Source: a virus. From it: a stretch of 64,000 nucleotides of DNA. The DNA lies in IMG/VR virus record IMGVR_UViG_3300050013_000065, positions 11,484-75,483 of that record, one strand, 5' to 3'. How positions within the stretch are numbered: position 1 is the stretch's first letter; the number at the start of each line of letters is the position of its first letter. This document shows positions 18,929 through 27,984 of the stretch, piece after piece. Made by a program: the position numbers and the translations under genes. The notes beneath the pieces were generated by a model that was not told the DNA's origin, did no database searches, and saw only the letters and a list, made by a program, of their open reading frames with translations.

Positions 18929-19438
18929 TTGTTGACCCTAGAGGAAATTGAGAGTCTAAAGAAGATGTACGAATCGGAAACCAAAGTCGAGGGTGTTCCT
19001 CAATGGCTAATTCCGGCACGATCTCAAAGAACGGTTGAAGCTCTAGAGGAACTGATTGCTTGGAGAGATGCCTCGGGAAATAAACCACCCCTAGCTCTGA
19101 AATTTGACAAAGATGGTAAGATGGAAACTGTAATTCCTGGGGGAAAAAGCGTAATCACTGTGCAAAATCTCAAACCACCGAAGGCTCGCCCCTCTCGAAA
19201 ATCAGCGTCCCAACGGCAACTAGAGAACGCCCGCAGCGCGACTCGCGTAGCGCGCGGCGCTACGAGAAACCCTCACGAACTTTTTCGTGTGGTAGGGATA
19301 CACCCCGAACCTAGAAAGTATAACGGAGTACAACTCGTCCAGATAATGGACAAAGGAGAAAGTAATGGAGAAATTCTACCGCACATCAGAGATAAAAGAA
19401 GATCCGGAAATCAAAATTGCTACCAAAGTAAGCATTGA
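18929..19438 (+). CDS. Hypothetical protein (counter-oriented cassette)
   Basis: AAGGAG RBS, TTG start, own promoter. Confidence 0.6.
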   Translation: MLTLEEIESLKKMYESETKVEGVPQWLIPARSQRTVEALEELIAWRDASGNKPPLALKFDKDGKMETVIPGGKSVITVQNLKPPKARPSRKSASQRQLENARSATRVARGATRNPHELFRVVGIHPEPRKYNGVQLVQIMDKGESNGEILPHIRDKRRSGNQNCYQSKH

Positions 19439-19712
19439 TTTTCCAGAGAGACATTGGATTCCCGGAAACCCATATCCGGCGACCTACGATAATGTAGTTG
19501 CCCACTTTTTGGGCGTTGTGGTTCGCAAAGAAAATGGGGAATACGAATCAAAACTGGAGTATGGTCTGGATGTCGGACGCGCTCCCAAAAATCCAGAATC
19601 GCAGAATATAGGGGATGCCGTGGAAAAAATAGTCCCATTTCTCAACAGAACTGCCGAGGAATTTCGGGAACAAACAGCGCGCCTAAACTCTGTTTTGCCT
19701 CGAAGTTCTTAA
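19365..19712 (+). CDS. Hypothetical protein (counter-oriented cassette)
   Basis: AAGGAG RBS directly after a 15-bp motif copy. Confidence 0.65.
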   Translation: MEKFYRTSEIKEDPEIKIATKVSIDFPERHWIPGNPYPATYDNVVAHFLGVVVRKENGEYESKLEYGLDVGRAPKNPESQNIGDAVEKIVPFLNRTAEEFREQTARLNSVLPRSS

Positions 19713-19755
19713 CCACGCCTACAGAAAATAAGCAGTCCAGATAGTGGACAAAAAC

Positions 19756-19828
19756 GGGGCCACCCGGGGGATTCTTCTGGAATGCCAAGGTCCAGAACAC
19801 GTTGGTTCGATTCCAACGGGCCTCACCA
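19756..19828 (+). ncRNA. tRNA-like RNA with collapsed D-arm and 9-nt anticodon loop
   Basis: Acceptor GGGGCC/GGCCTC, T-arm GTTGG-TTCGATT-CCAAC, 3' ACCA, and a 7-bp stem TTCTGGA/TCCAGAA with loop ATGCCAAGG. Confidence 0.6.
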
Positions 19829-19880
19829 ACTTATACCGTCCAGATTCTCGGAGTGCCGGGAGTCGTCTGATGCTAAAATC

Positions 19881-20267
19881 TTAGCTTTCGACAAAATATG
19901 CCAAGGGAATCTTAGTGGTCAAACTCGGGTCTTTGAGCGCGCGCTTCAGGAATTTAACTATCTGGTCTTGGCCTAGCTTCTCAGTTATTCCTAAGACGCG
20001 CAATAGATTTTCGAGCAGGTCGGTAGGCTTGAGATTGGCGCGAGACTCTCCCTTGCATTTGATCGTTAGATCAAACACAGCCGCTCGATACCCGGCGAGA
20101 AAAGTCTTGAACACTCTTCGGCCAACACTGTCTATCTCATTTTTTCCTGGACGGGAAAAGCTCATAGTACCAATCGGGTTTCGAATCTGGTACAAATCAG
20201 AGTCCGGATTAGTGGACGAACCCCGCAAGTGGGAAATAGCATCAACCAGGGCTTCGATTCTATCCAT
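19881..20267 (-). CDS. Hypothetical virion-associated protein
   Basis: 128 aa; TAATG coupling. Confidence 0.6.
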   Translation of the reverse strand: MDRIEALVDAISHLRGSSTNPDSDLYQIRNPIGTMSFSRPGKNEIDSVGRRVFKTFLAGYRAAVFDLTIKCKGESRANLKPTDLLENLLRVLGITEKLGQDQIVKFLKRALKDPSLTTKIPLAYFVES

Positions 20268-21031
20268 TACAATCCTCCCAAGAAGTTCATTCCTTGTTCA
20301 CCAAGAGAGGAACCTCCGGTGGTGTCGAGATTTCCAAAACCACCCATAATAGAACCCGCCATTCCTCCCAACATACCCAGCGGACTGGCCGCGTTGTTTG
20401 CTTGAGAAACAGCGTTCGCCTCTGAGTTGGCAGTAGACCCGGCGCTATTAGCAGCAGTAGCCGTTCCGTTCGGGTCGTACATACCAGCTACTCCTCCTAG
20501 TTGTCCGATAGCCGACTCGTAGTCATTATGGCCCTGCTGATACCCAGATTGTTGAATTCCAAGAAGCTGGCTTGAGGCTTGGTTGGCCGCAGAAGAAGCA
20601 AGTCCGGCTTGCTGCTGAGAAGATACTCCAGACGGAAGTAAAGAATTCCCACCTCCCTGCGCCGCTTGGTTAGCCCTCAGAGACTTGCTAGCGTTTGCAT
20701 ACTGCTGCCCGGTTCCTTGAATAGCCTGCGAATTTAGATTATTGGTTTCAGCCGCGTTGTATCCGAATTGATTTTTACCGGCAGAAATGATCGGATTCAG
20801 GGAGTTTTTGAGCGTCGAAAGTATGGAATTTTTATTAGCAAACTGCGTGCTGTAATCGGACGAAAGGGTGTTGTAGAAATTCTGTTGGCTGTCCACCAAA
20901 CTAGTCTGTTGGCTCGACGCACCCTTGCATAACAAGATCGGTCCCGTCCAGAAAATGGACTTTCTTTTTACCAACAGATACTTAGATTGTTTATCGCTCC
21001 AAGTAAATTCAGCTTTTTGGGTGATCCACAT
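20267..21031 (-). CDS. Small DNA-transfer/ejection protein-like
   Basis: Q/S/A/G-rich with a Gly-rich hydrophobic C-terminus; GGAGG RBS; synteny. Confidence 0.55.
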   Translation of the reverse strand: MWITQKAEFTWSDKQSKYLLVKRKSIFWTGPILLCKGASSQQTSLVDSQQNFYNTLSSDYSTQFANKNSILSTLKNSLNPIISAGKNQFGYNAAETNNLNSQAIQGTGQQYANASKSLRANQAAQGGGNSLLPSGVSSQQQAGLASSAANQASSQLLGIQQSGYQQGHNDYESAIGQLGGVAGMYDPNGTATAANSAGSTANSEANAVSQANNAASPLGMLGGMAGSIMGGFGNLDTTGGSSLGEQGMNFLGGL

Positions 21032-21443
21032 TTTTTCCCTCCAAATCCGCTAGCTTAGTTCTGTAAATCTTCATGGGTACTTCCTCGAAAATATGATTGG
21101 AGGCGAATTCGGCGGTATCCGTATCGCTCGCCAAAAAATAGATTTCTCCAGAACCCCGGACGTGCGCTAAAGTGATGGCGTTCTGAGTTAACTCCCTTAG
21201 ACAGCAGGCAGTTTGTGCAGAAGATAACCCAGGACGCAGGGCTAGAGATTCCAGCATAATTGGTTGCTGAAGGGTCTGATAAGCGAGAGGGCCGTCTTTG
21301 TCGTAGGCGCACCATGTGGTCGATGATGAAAATAAGGCTACCGCAGGGTCAAATTCGTTTTTATCCTTGTTTTCAATCGCCCAGCTAAAGTACGTCTGGA
21401 CTTCTTCAGGAAGTGCGGGTCGAACATAAACTCGGTTTGGCAT
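21009..21443 (-). CDS. GNAT-fold-like virion assembly protein
   Basis: VYVRPALPEE start; located between nozzle and ejection genes, like T7 gp13-type proteins. Confidence 0.45.
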   Translation of the reverse strand: MPNRVYVRPALPEEVQTYFSWAIENKDKNEFDPAVALFSSSTTWCAYDKDGPLAYQTLQQPIMLESLALRPGLSSAQTACCLRELTQNAITLAHVRGSGEIYFLASDTDTAEFASNHIFEEVPMKIYRTKLADLEGKNVDHPKS

Positions 21444-21446
21444 AGT

Positions 21447-21752
21447 TCAAGGCATCCTGGCTAAGACGAGCCGGAGATCATCTCTCATGTTCCCCAGCCC
21501 CTCTTTTAAATCGTCGCGTAGTCCGGCGATGTTCAGGTTTACTTTGACAAGTTCTTCCTGCACGTGGGGGAGATGGCTTGTTTTGATTGTTTCCATGTCC
21601 GTTCGAAGTTCGGTGATGGCGGTTCCGTAAGAAGCGAAACGATTAACCACGATATATCCTTTATACAAGAATAGGCCGATGGATATCCAGCCAACTAGAT
21701 ATATCCAGTTTTGGGCGATCCACGCTGCGGGGTTCCAACTAAAAGGGGGCAT
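21447..21752 (-). CDS. Membrane protein with coiled coil
   Basis: N-terminal transmembrane segment followed by a heptad pattern. Confidence 0.55.
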   Translation of the reverse strand: MPPFSWNPAAWIAQNWIYLVGWISIGLFLYKGYIVVNRFASYGTAITELRTDMETIKTSHLPHVQEELVKVNLNIAGLRDDLKEGLGNMRDDLRLVLARMP

Positions 21753-21760
21753 TATTTTAC

Positions 21761-22015
21761 CTAACGAAGAGAGTTTGGGGGATTGATTCTGTATTGTGGG
21801 ATAACCCCTCCGGCGTAATGCTGGCGGAGGTTGTCGGGATTGACAATATTTCCCGACGTTGGTAAAGGACAGCGAAGAGTTGTATTGACGATTGGGGTTG
21901 GATTTGATCCCCAAATTCCCGTTGGAAGAGGGGGGCGAGCCATAATCGGAGCTACAGTAGACGTTCCGGAATAAGACGACGAGGGAGAGACTATTCTAGA
22001 AGCTATGCTCGGCAT
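21761..22015 (-). CDS. Hypothetical protein
   Basis: AAGGA RBS; fills the gap. Confidence 0.5.
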   Translation of the reverse strand: MPSIASRIVSPSSSYSGTSTVAPIMARPPLPTGIWGSNPTPIVNTTLRCPLPTSGNIVNPDNLRQHYAGGVIPQYRINPPNSLR

Positions 22016-22023
22016 GTAAGTCC

Positions 22024-25000
22024 TTATTTTTCTTGACTAAAAGACCCAAATAGCGTGGTGGACAACAACTCATTTCTGACAGTATCAGTGCCCCAGTCAA
22101 ATTGAATCTGAAGATGTCTGCATACTGCTGGTTGTTGTGTTTGAGATAAGTAGAATCTCTGAGCATAAACTGACAAACTGGGAGAAAGCTGTGTCGGGTC
22201 CGGGGTGTATAAAGTAAGAGGTTCAAAATACGTACCGGTTTGTCCGTACGGAATCCTCTGAATTTCGTCGAGCTGAACTGCTAGAGAAATTGGAGTTCCA
22301 ATTGCCACAGAGTCGGTCGTAAAACTCTCTACTTCTGCCAACTGCCCAGGTTGGGCCAGAACCATGCTTCCTAAAACAGCAAAAGAGTTGTATGCTGATC
22401 CGTTGTCGGAATAAACCCCATAGTCTCTCTTGAGAATGGGTCCTCCTGCGGAAGGAGGACCAACCAATAGATTATAGGTTCCGGGTACCACCTCAACAGA
22501 TTGTACCGCCGAAAATCCTGAAGCTATCTGGGCCTTGGGACTCCATGTTGTTCCGGACTCGGGGGAAGGGGTTGGGCACATTCTCCACCATGTTCCTTGA
22601 TAATCCGAAACGTACAAACCTTTATCTTGAGAACCGGCAACATGCCAAGTTACTCTTGTACTGGTAGGAGTAAAAGTTCCTGTTCCGTTATTTGGACCGA
22701 ATTGATCTCCGATTGGAAAACCAACCTCGGAGACTCCGGAACTAGGATCGAGACTAAGAAGTTGATTATCCGACGTATACATGTATACAATGCTTCCGTT
22801 AACCGCAAAAGCATCATAAGAGAGTAGTCCAACGTGTCGAAGAAAAGGAGAGGAGTACAACGAAGAAGAGGAGGTATTGGTTCCTTGAATAATATAAATA
22901 TCAGAGGAGGTGAAAACCAAAAGACCGGAGGTGGTTGGAAACATGACTGTTACTGAAGACGGAAAGACAAACACATTGCTCGGACTCCACGCCGTGTTTC
23001 CGTTTCCCGAAGTGACCAAGGGGCCGTCGGAATATCTGACAGAGTTTCCGAGTGCCGCCCAAACACACCCCAAGTGGTACGAGAGCGCCGTAATACCCAC
23101 GGGAGGGGGATCGTTTTCGTTATTAATTGGAGCTTCAATCAACTCATTAAGATAGGTGTCGGGGATATAGTCTGTAAATGTCCAATTAGAGGCAGTTCCT
23201 GGGGTTGGATTTGCTATCGAAGAGTCAAAGAATAGAGTTGACGAAGAACCCCCTTGAACCGATCTCCAAATCCAAACCGAAGTTATTTGTTGATCTGCTG
23301 GAAAACTTCCGGATATGATAGCTCTAGGATTGTTAGAAGGACCTAGAACGTAAGACCCATAATTTTGCGCGGCAAAGGGGGCGGAAGTACTTATGCTTCC
23401 GTCAGTTCCGACCCAACTGTATGCGTAGTACACGTTTCCAGTAATTATTACCGATCCCGTTCCAACGCAAGTCCATGTTATGGTTCCGTCCGATGTGGTA
23501 GACCCTACGGTCGAAGACCAAGAAGGAGCAGAAGTTCCCGTGTGAGACCCACTGCCAGCGCCGTTAGTCGCGATCTGAAGATTCCCGTTGGTGTCTAAAA
23601 CACACATAAAAGTTTGATACGCAGTACTAGCTGACCACACCAGGATAGGCCCACAATTTTGCCAAACCACTCCGTTGTCAAGAGTCTGACCGCCTGCCCC
23701 GTTTGTCAAAGAGGGTTCTGTGGCGTTCCAAGTAGGTGAAATAGCTCCAGTAATGTATCCTATTCCTGAGACGTAATTTATGGCCACTTCTACGTCGTTG
23801 TTTTTGTCAAGAACAGAATACCACTCATATAAGGTAGTGTTAGCAACCCATTGACGATTTCCAGAAGCAGGAGTTACAGTCGGAGCAAGAGTAGGCGCAG
23901 CTATTCCCCAGTTATAGAGAGGAACACCAAAATTCTGCCAAGTCAGTTGATTGTCGAGGGTATATCCTCCGAGAGAGCTGTTCCATGTGGGAGAAGAAGT
24001 GCTGCTCAACCCCGACCCTGTGGAAGACGTAGAGGTCGCTGTTCCTGTATCGGCAGCAGGGCCATAAACAGACGTGGCCGCTGTTGTAAAATACGCAACA
24101 TTAGAATAGGGGGGAAGATAGTTGTTGTTAACAACCACGGTTTGTGATTGTGAGTTAATCGAGGTATAAGTGGTTACGCCAGAAAAACTGACTTGCGTAC
24201 CTTGCGTCCAGAATACACTAGAGTCAAAGGTGACTTGTAGAAAATAGCCGATCGGGCCTAGAGGTAAACCAAGGCTTGAACTAACTATTTGTATTTGAGT
24301 AACATTCGCTGTGCCCGTTCCCTGAACTATTTGTAGATTTCCGTTGGGATCTAGAATTTGATCGCCGTCGTTAAAAGTCTGGCCGGGTGCCCAGACAAGA
24401 CTCGGGGTTATTAGTTTCTTCTGATCCGCGCCGTCTGTAAAATACAGAGAATTTCCCACGGATTGGAAATAAGTACTACCCGCCCCGACGGATTTAGTAA
24501 AAAGTGTTTTGTTAGTTGAAGGTCTCGTCACGTCTCGGATGGTCCCCCCAACCAGAGGAAAAACCCCAGTAACTGCTGATGTTCCTGTATCCGAGGCGGG
24601 GCCGTATAGAGCCGAACCAAACAGAAAGGTTGCCACATTTCCTGTTACAGATACAGAGCCTCCAGGAATTACTTGTCCATTTAAAGAGGTATAGTTTGTT
24701 ATGCCGGAAAAAGACCAAGTCTGACCAACCGCCGGTTCCGGCGGTGTTGTTGTAAAAGTAACATTGGCAAAATACTCATATACAATAGGACCCGGAGGGA
24801 ACGTTCTCTGTTGTCGAGTGACCTGTATGGAGGAAATATTATACGTCTGGGTGGAAGGACCCGATGCGCTTACGTCCGCGATTACGTTTATGTTTTCTGT
24901 AGCCGCCGTTTGAGAAGCATTATAAACCGTTGTTCTATTTTCGTAAAATCGTTTTATGGCTGGAAATGTTTGACTATTGTAGACAGAGGTTCCTGGTCTT

Positions 25001-25218
25001 CTGATGAACGTAAGAGACGGACTGATTTCGCAGTTCAAACCATCGATCAGCGCATCTCCGCGCGCCCCATAAAACTCTTCTTCTATTCTCGTAGAAGCGG
25101 CATCACGAAGAGGAGACCTTTGGGTCCATATTCCGGTCGCAAAACGATTTGACCAAAGAACTCCATACCTTACCGGTTTAGAAGATTGTGCTCCGAATTT
25201 AGATAGCCAGTTACTCAT
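22024..25218 (-). CDS. Tail nozzle / tubular protein B-like (P22 gp10-like) with inserted carbohydrate-binding-like repeats
   Basis: N-terminal NCEI...IRRPG, beta-propeller-like C-terminus, and internal W...T.Y...D.NG...P.W...T.D...W repeats. Confidence 0.6.
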   Translation of the reverse strand: MSNWLSKFGAQSSKPVRYGVLWSNRFATGIWTQRSPLRDAASTRIEEEFYGARGDALIDGLNCEISPSLTFIRRPGTSVYNSQTFPAIKRFYENRTTVYNASQTAATENINVIADVSASGPSTQTYNISSIQVTRQQRTFPPGPIVYEYFANVTFTTTPPEPAVGQTWSFSGITNYTSLNGQVIPGGSVSVTGNVATFLFGSALYGPASDTGTSAVTGVFPLVGGTIRDVTRPSTNKTLFTKSVGAGSTYFQSVGNSLYFTDGADQKKLITPSLVWAPGQTFNDGDQILDPNGNLQIVQGTGTANVTQIQIVSSSLGLPLGPIGYFLQVTFDSSVFWTQGTQVSFSGVTTYTSINSQSQTVVVNNNYLPPYSNVAYFTTAATSVYGPAADTGTATSTSSTGSGLSSTSSPTWNSSLGGYTLDNQLTWQNFGVPLYNWGIAAPTLAPTVTPASGNRQWVANTTLYEWYSVLDKNNDVEVAINYVSGIGYITGAISPTWNATEPSLTNGAGGQTLDNGVVWQNCGPILVWSASTAYQTFMCVLDTNGNLQIATNGAGSGSHTGTSAPSWSSTVGSTTSDGTITWTCVGTGSVIITGNVYYAYSWVGTDGSISTSAPFAAQNYGSYVLGPSNNPRAIISGSFPADQQITSVWIWRSVQGGSSSTLFFDSSIANPTPGTASNWTFTDYIPDTYLNELIEAPINNENDPPPVGITALSYHLGCVWAALGNSVRYSDGPLVTSGNGNTAWSPSNVFVFPSSVTVMFPTTSGLLVFTSSDIYIIQGTNTSSSSLYSSPFLRHVGLLSYDAFAVNGSIVYMYTSDNQLLSLDPSSGVSEVGFPIGDQFGPNNGTGTFTPTSTRVTWHVAGSQDKGLYVSDYQGTWWRMCPTPSPESGTTWSPKAQIASGFSAVQSVEVVPGTYNLLVGPPSAGGPILKRDYGVYSDNGSAYNSFAVLGSMVLAQPGQLAEVESFTTDSVAIGTPISLAVQLDEIQRIPYGQTGTYFEPLTLYTPDPTQLSPSLSVYAQRFYLSQTQQPAVCRHLQIQFDWGTDTVRNELLSTTLFGSFSQEK

Positions 25219-25584
25219 TCAGCTTCCTTGTTTTGTTTTCTTGATCTCTTTGCTGGGGTGTTCGGGAGAGGAGTATATCGTATATAGTTTCAAAGTAGAG
25301 GTCTTGGACTTGTTGATTACGTTGTGGTAGGAACCACCGGGGACTACTACAGAATCTCCATCTCGGGCAATGAATACATCTTCCTTGTTCAAAACGAAGA
25401 TTGCGGTACCTTGCTCAACGCGGAAGAACTGATCGGAGGGGTGTTTCTCTTCGCCAATTTCTTCTTCTGGCTTCAGAGACATCAGAACCAGTTGGAGCTT
25501 TCCCGTGAATAGTACCTTTCGATAGGCAGAATTGTCGCGGGTCTTGTCTTCGATATTTCCATAGAAAGGTTTCATTTTGTCCAT
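25219..25584 (-). CDS. Cupin domain protein
   Basis: QLVLMSL.P.EEIGEE.H..DQFFRVEQG...VVVPGG..HNVIN...LKLYTIYS.PEH. Confidence 0.88.
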   Translation of the reverse strand: MDKMKPFYGNIEDKTRDNSAYRKVLFTGKLQLVLMSLKPEEEIGEEKHPSDQFFRVEQGTAIFVLNKEDVFIARDGDSVVVPGGSYHNVINKSKTSTLKLYTIYSSPEHPSKEIKKTKQGS

Positions 25585-25600
25585 TATCTGGATTTTTCGG

Positions 25601-25630
25601 TTGACAGAAAGAGGGGAGAAGTGGTAAAAT
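25601..25630 (+). promoter_or_regulatory. Sigma70-type promoter, probably giving a leaderless mRNA
   Basis: TTGACA-18 bp-TAAAAT with TGn; the ATG follows 6 nt after the -10 box, with no RBS. Confidence 0.65.
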
Positions 25631-25636
25631 GTTTCT

Positions 25637-26365
25637 ATGAGAGAAATAACAGAAGAAAGATCAAAAGAACTTCAAACCGCAATACACGAGTATGTCGATG
25701 GCTTATCTTCGGCTAAGGTGTGCAAAAAGTACAAAATAGACCACAAAACTTTGGCGAAGATGGTCGTTGAATCCGGACACCACGTTCGAAGTCGTGCAGA
25801 AGTGGTTCAGCTCATGTATGGGGTTAACCACGCGACGCAAAAGGATGACAGCACTTGGGTAAAAGTGTGTAAAGAGTGTGGGCAAGAAAAATCGGTAGAA
25901 GTTTTTCATCCCGACAAGGAGTATGCAGACGGAAGAGGAAGTATTTGTTACGATTGTAAAAATGCCAAAAGAAGACCTCGCGAACGAACTCGGTACCAAA
26001 ACGATCCGGAGTACCGAGATAAAGCCATCGCGGAGTCCAAAAAATACTACGCGGAGCATCCAGAAACTATCAAAGCATATCACATAAAAAGTACGTATGG
26101 CTTGGAGTTTGAGGACTATACGAAAAAGTTAGAAGAACAAGGAAATTGTTGTGCGGCTTGCGGTGCTACATCTCCTGGAGTAGTGGGGAGAACTTGGCAT
26201 GTAGATCATGACCATTCTTGTTGTTCTGGAAAAAAGAAAGCTTGCGGAAAGTGCGTACGAGGTTTGTTGTGTCAACCCTGTAACTTGATACTGGGCATGG
26301 CAAAGGATAGTCCTGAAACTCTCCGGAGCCTAATTTCTTACTTAGAAAAATACAAGAGAGGCTAA
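25637..26365 (+). CDS. Free-standing endonuclease VII-type homing endonuclease
   Basis: YGL..EDY...QGNCCAACG...WHVDHDHSCC...CGKCVRGLLCQPCN; counter-oriented in the virion block. Confidence 0.85.
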   Translation: MREITEERSKELQTAIHEYVDGLSSAKVCKKYKIDHKTLAKMVVESGHHVRSRAEVVQLMYGVNHATQKDDSTWVKVCKECGQEKSVEVFHPDKEYADGRGSICYDCKNAKRRPRERTRYQNDPEYRDKAIAESKKYYAEHPETIKAYHIKSTYGLEFEDYTKKLEEQGNCCAACGATSPGVVGRTWHVDHDHSCCSGKKKACGKCVRGLLCQPCNLILGMAKDSPETLRSLISYLEKYKRG

Positions 26366-27462
26366 CTTCCATACCCTGGCGAGAAAAATGCAGAACCAAA
26401 AGGCTGAGCTGCCCCGATACCAGCCGCTCCGTAAGGAAATCCATTTCCCCCGAGGATCGTGCTGGAAGGGGTGAGCACATTATTTTCCTGCTGACGATCC
26501 GCGCCATTGAGGCTTTTGCGTAAAACTTCTTCCCACTCTGCATACGCTTGCGCGCCTTTTGGGTTACCATTAAACATTTGTAACTGCGCGCGAACACCGG
26601 CCCTAAAGAGGTAACTCATAGAGAGCGGAATCGGGTCAATCGTCTGCTGCATTGTCAGCAAAGTTGGAGGTAACTGCTGATATTGCCCGCCAATATACCA
26701 ACAGAGCCCGTTCAGAGCAGGCAGCGGAGCAACTCTCCAGCAAATGCCGTTGGGGTCTGCAACTGTCCAAATCACCGATCCATCTTGAACCAAAGTCCCA
26801 GGTGTTGCGTCAGGGTCGGCGGCAGGTTGTACACTTCCAGAAACACCATAAGGAGAAGTGGACGGGAGAGGAATCGTAGTTCCTGTGTATCCGGGGGACT
26901 CAATAGTAATCCCTAACTGAGTTGAATCGATGAACAGGATGTTCCCATTCTCGTCTTGGAATTGCTGGATCGGAGACTTGGGAAGCTGAGCTACCCCGTA
27001 TCCGCAACCGTACGCCGTGTTCGCCTGCCACTGCCCCATGTAAGCTTGGTAGTTATACACAAAAGCTATCTGGAATGGCACGTTTTGGACTGATGTACTG
27101 ACAAGGTCACGGACTGTCTCCATCGGACGAATTGGCTTAGGAGCCCCGTTAGAATTGGACGTAGAGTTGTTGATGTCTACAATCCAGCAGGCTTCGAGCC
27201 AGCTTACGTCGGTCAAGTTAGTACAGTAGTCTTGCTGGAGAGATACCGTCAAGAAAGGAGGGATAACCTTGCGGTTCCACTTCCAGGGCATACTCTCGTC
27301 CAGAATCCGGCACATGACATCGTTGCAGGCCGTCAGCAACGGTTCCGTCGAATACCCAGCAGTGCCCCCGAGAACGTTGTAGAACTCGGGGTTCACTTTC
27401 ATCTGCTTACTAAGGTCCGCTACTGTGATCGAAGTAGATTGATTGCCCGGTACTATTGGCAT
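26362..27462 (-). CDS. Head-tail adaptor / tubular protein A-like
   Basis: CNDVMCRIL...PWKWNR; paralog of 33016-33726; upstream of the nozzle gene. Confidence 0.55.
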   Translation of the reverse strand: MPIVPGNQSTSITVADLSKQMKVNPEFYNVLGGTAGYSTEPLLTACNDVMCRILDESMPWKWNRKVIPPFLTVSLQQDYCTNLTDVSWLEACWIVDINNSTSNSNGAPKPIRPMETVRDLVSTSVQNVPFQIAFVYNYQAYMGQWQANTAYGCGYGVAQLPKSPIQQFQDENGNILFIDSTQLGITIESPGYTGTTIPLPSTSPYGVSGSVQPAADPDATPGTLVQDGSVIWTVADPNGICWRVAPLPALNGLCWYIGGQYQQLPPTLLTMQQTIDPIPLSMSYLFRAGVRAQLQMFNGNPKGAQAYAEWEEVLRKSLNGADRQQENNVLTPSSTILGGNGFPYGAAGIGAAQPFGSAFFSPGYGS

Positions 27463-27504
27463 ATCTTCTCCTGGTCAAAACTCATTCTGATCCCTTTCAT
27501 GCTT

Positions 27505-27972
27505 CTACCGTACAACAGATCGAAGCGATGCCACCTGAGTTCCTGTATCCGGAACGGCTACGCTGGCAGTGGTAGTGCTTTTTGCCCCGGTTACCGAGGT
27601 TGGGGCAACTGGATTTGCAGGAACCACGTAAGGCCCTGCTGTTGCGCTGGCGACTGAATATGCCCCGCCCAAATCAGTTTGAGCCACATAGCATACCGTT
27701 AAACCTGCTGCGGTCTTGTCCGTGTAGGCAACTGTACTAGTCTCAGCACCGCTGTTGAGGGAAGCATACGTACCCGTGGTTGCCACAGGACAGGTCACAG
27801 CCCCTGATGTCACCGCGATGCGGCTGAATAGGTAGGTGCAAGAGTTTCCTGTGCAGATGGATGGGGCTGTCCCATTTATAGCTACCACATGTGTAGTAGC
27901 AGGAACCTGTGCATGGCATCCAATAGAAACTAGTAGAAATGCCAGAGTCATGAGAAAAGAAATTCGTTTCAT
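27505..27972 (-). CDS. Signal-peptide-bearing FN3/Ig-like protein
   Basis: MKRISFLMTLAFLLVSIGCHA-Q; YTD...G.T.CYV...S..S pattern. Confidence 0.6.
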   Translation of the reverse strand: MKRISFLMTLAFLLVSIGCHAQVPATTHVVAINGTAPSICTGNSCTYLFSRIAVTSGAVTCPVATTGTYASLNSGAETSTVAYTDKTAAGLTVCYVAQTDLGGAYSVASATAGPYVVPANPVAPTSVTGAKSTTTASVAVPDTGTQVASLRSVVR

Positions 27973-27984
27973 TTTACCCTCTTT

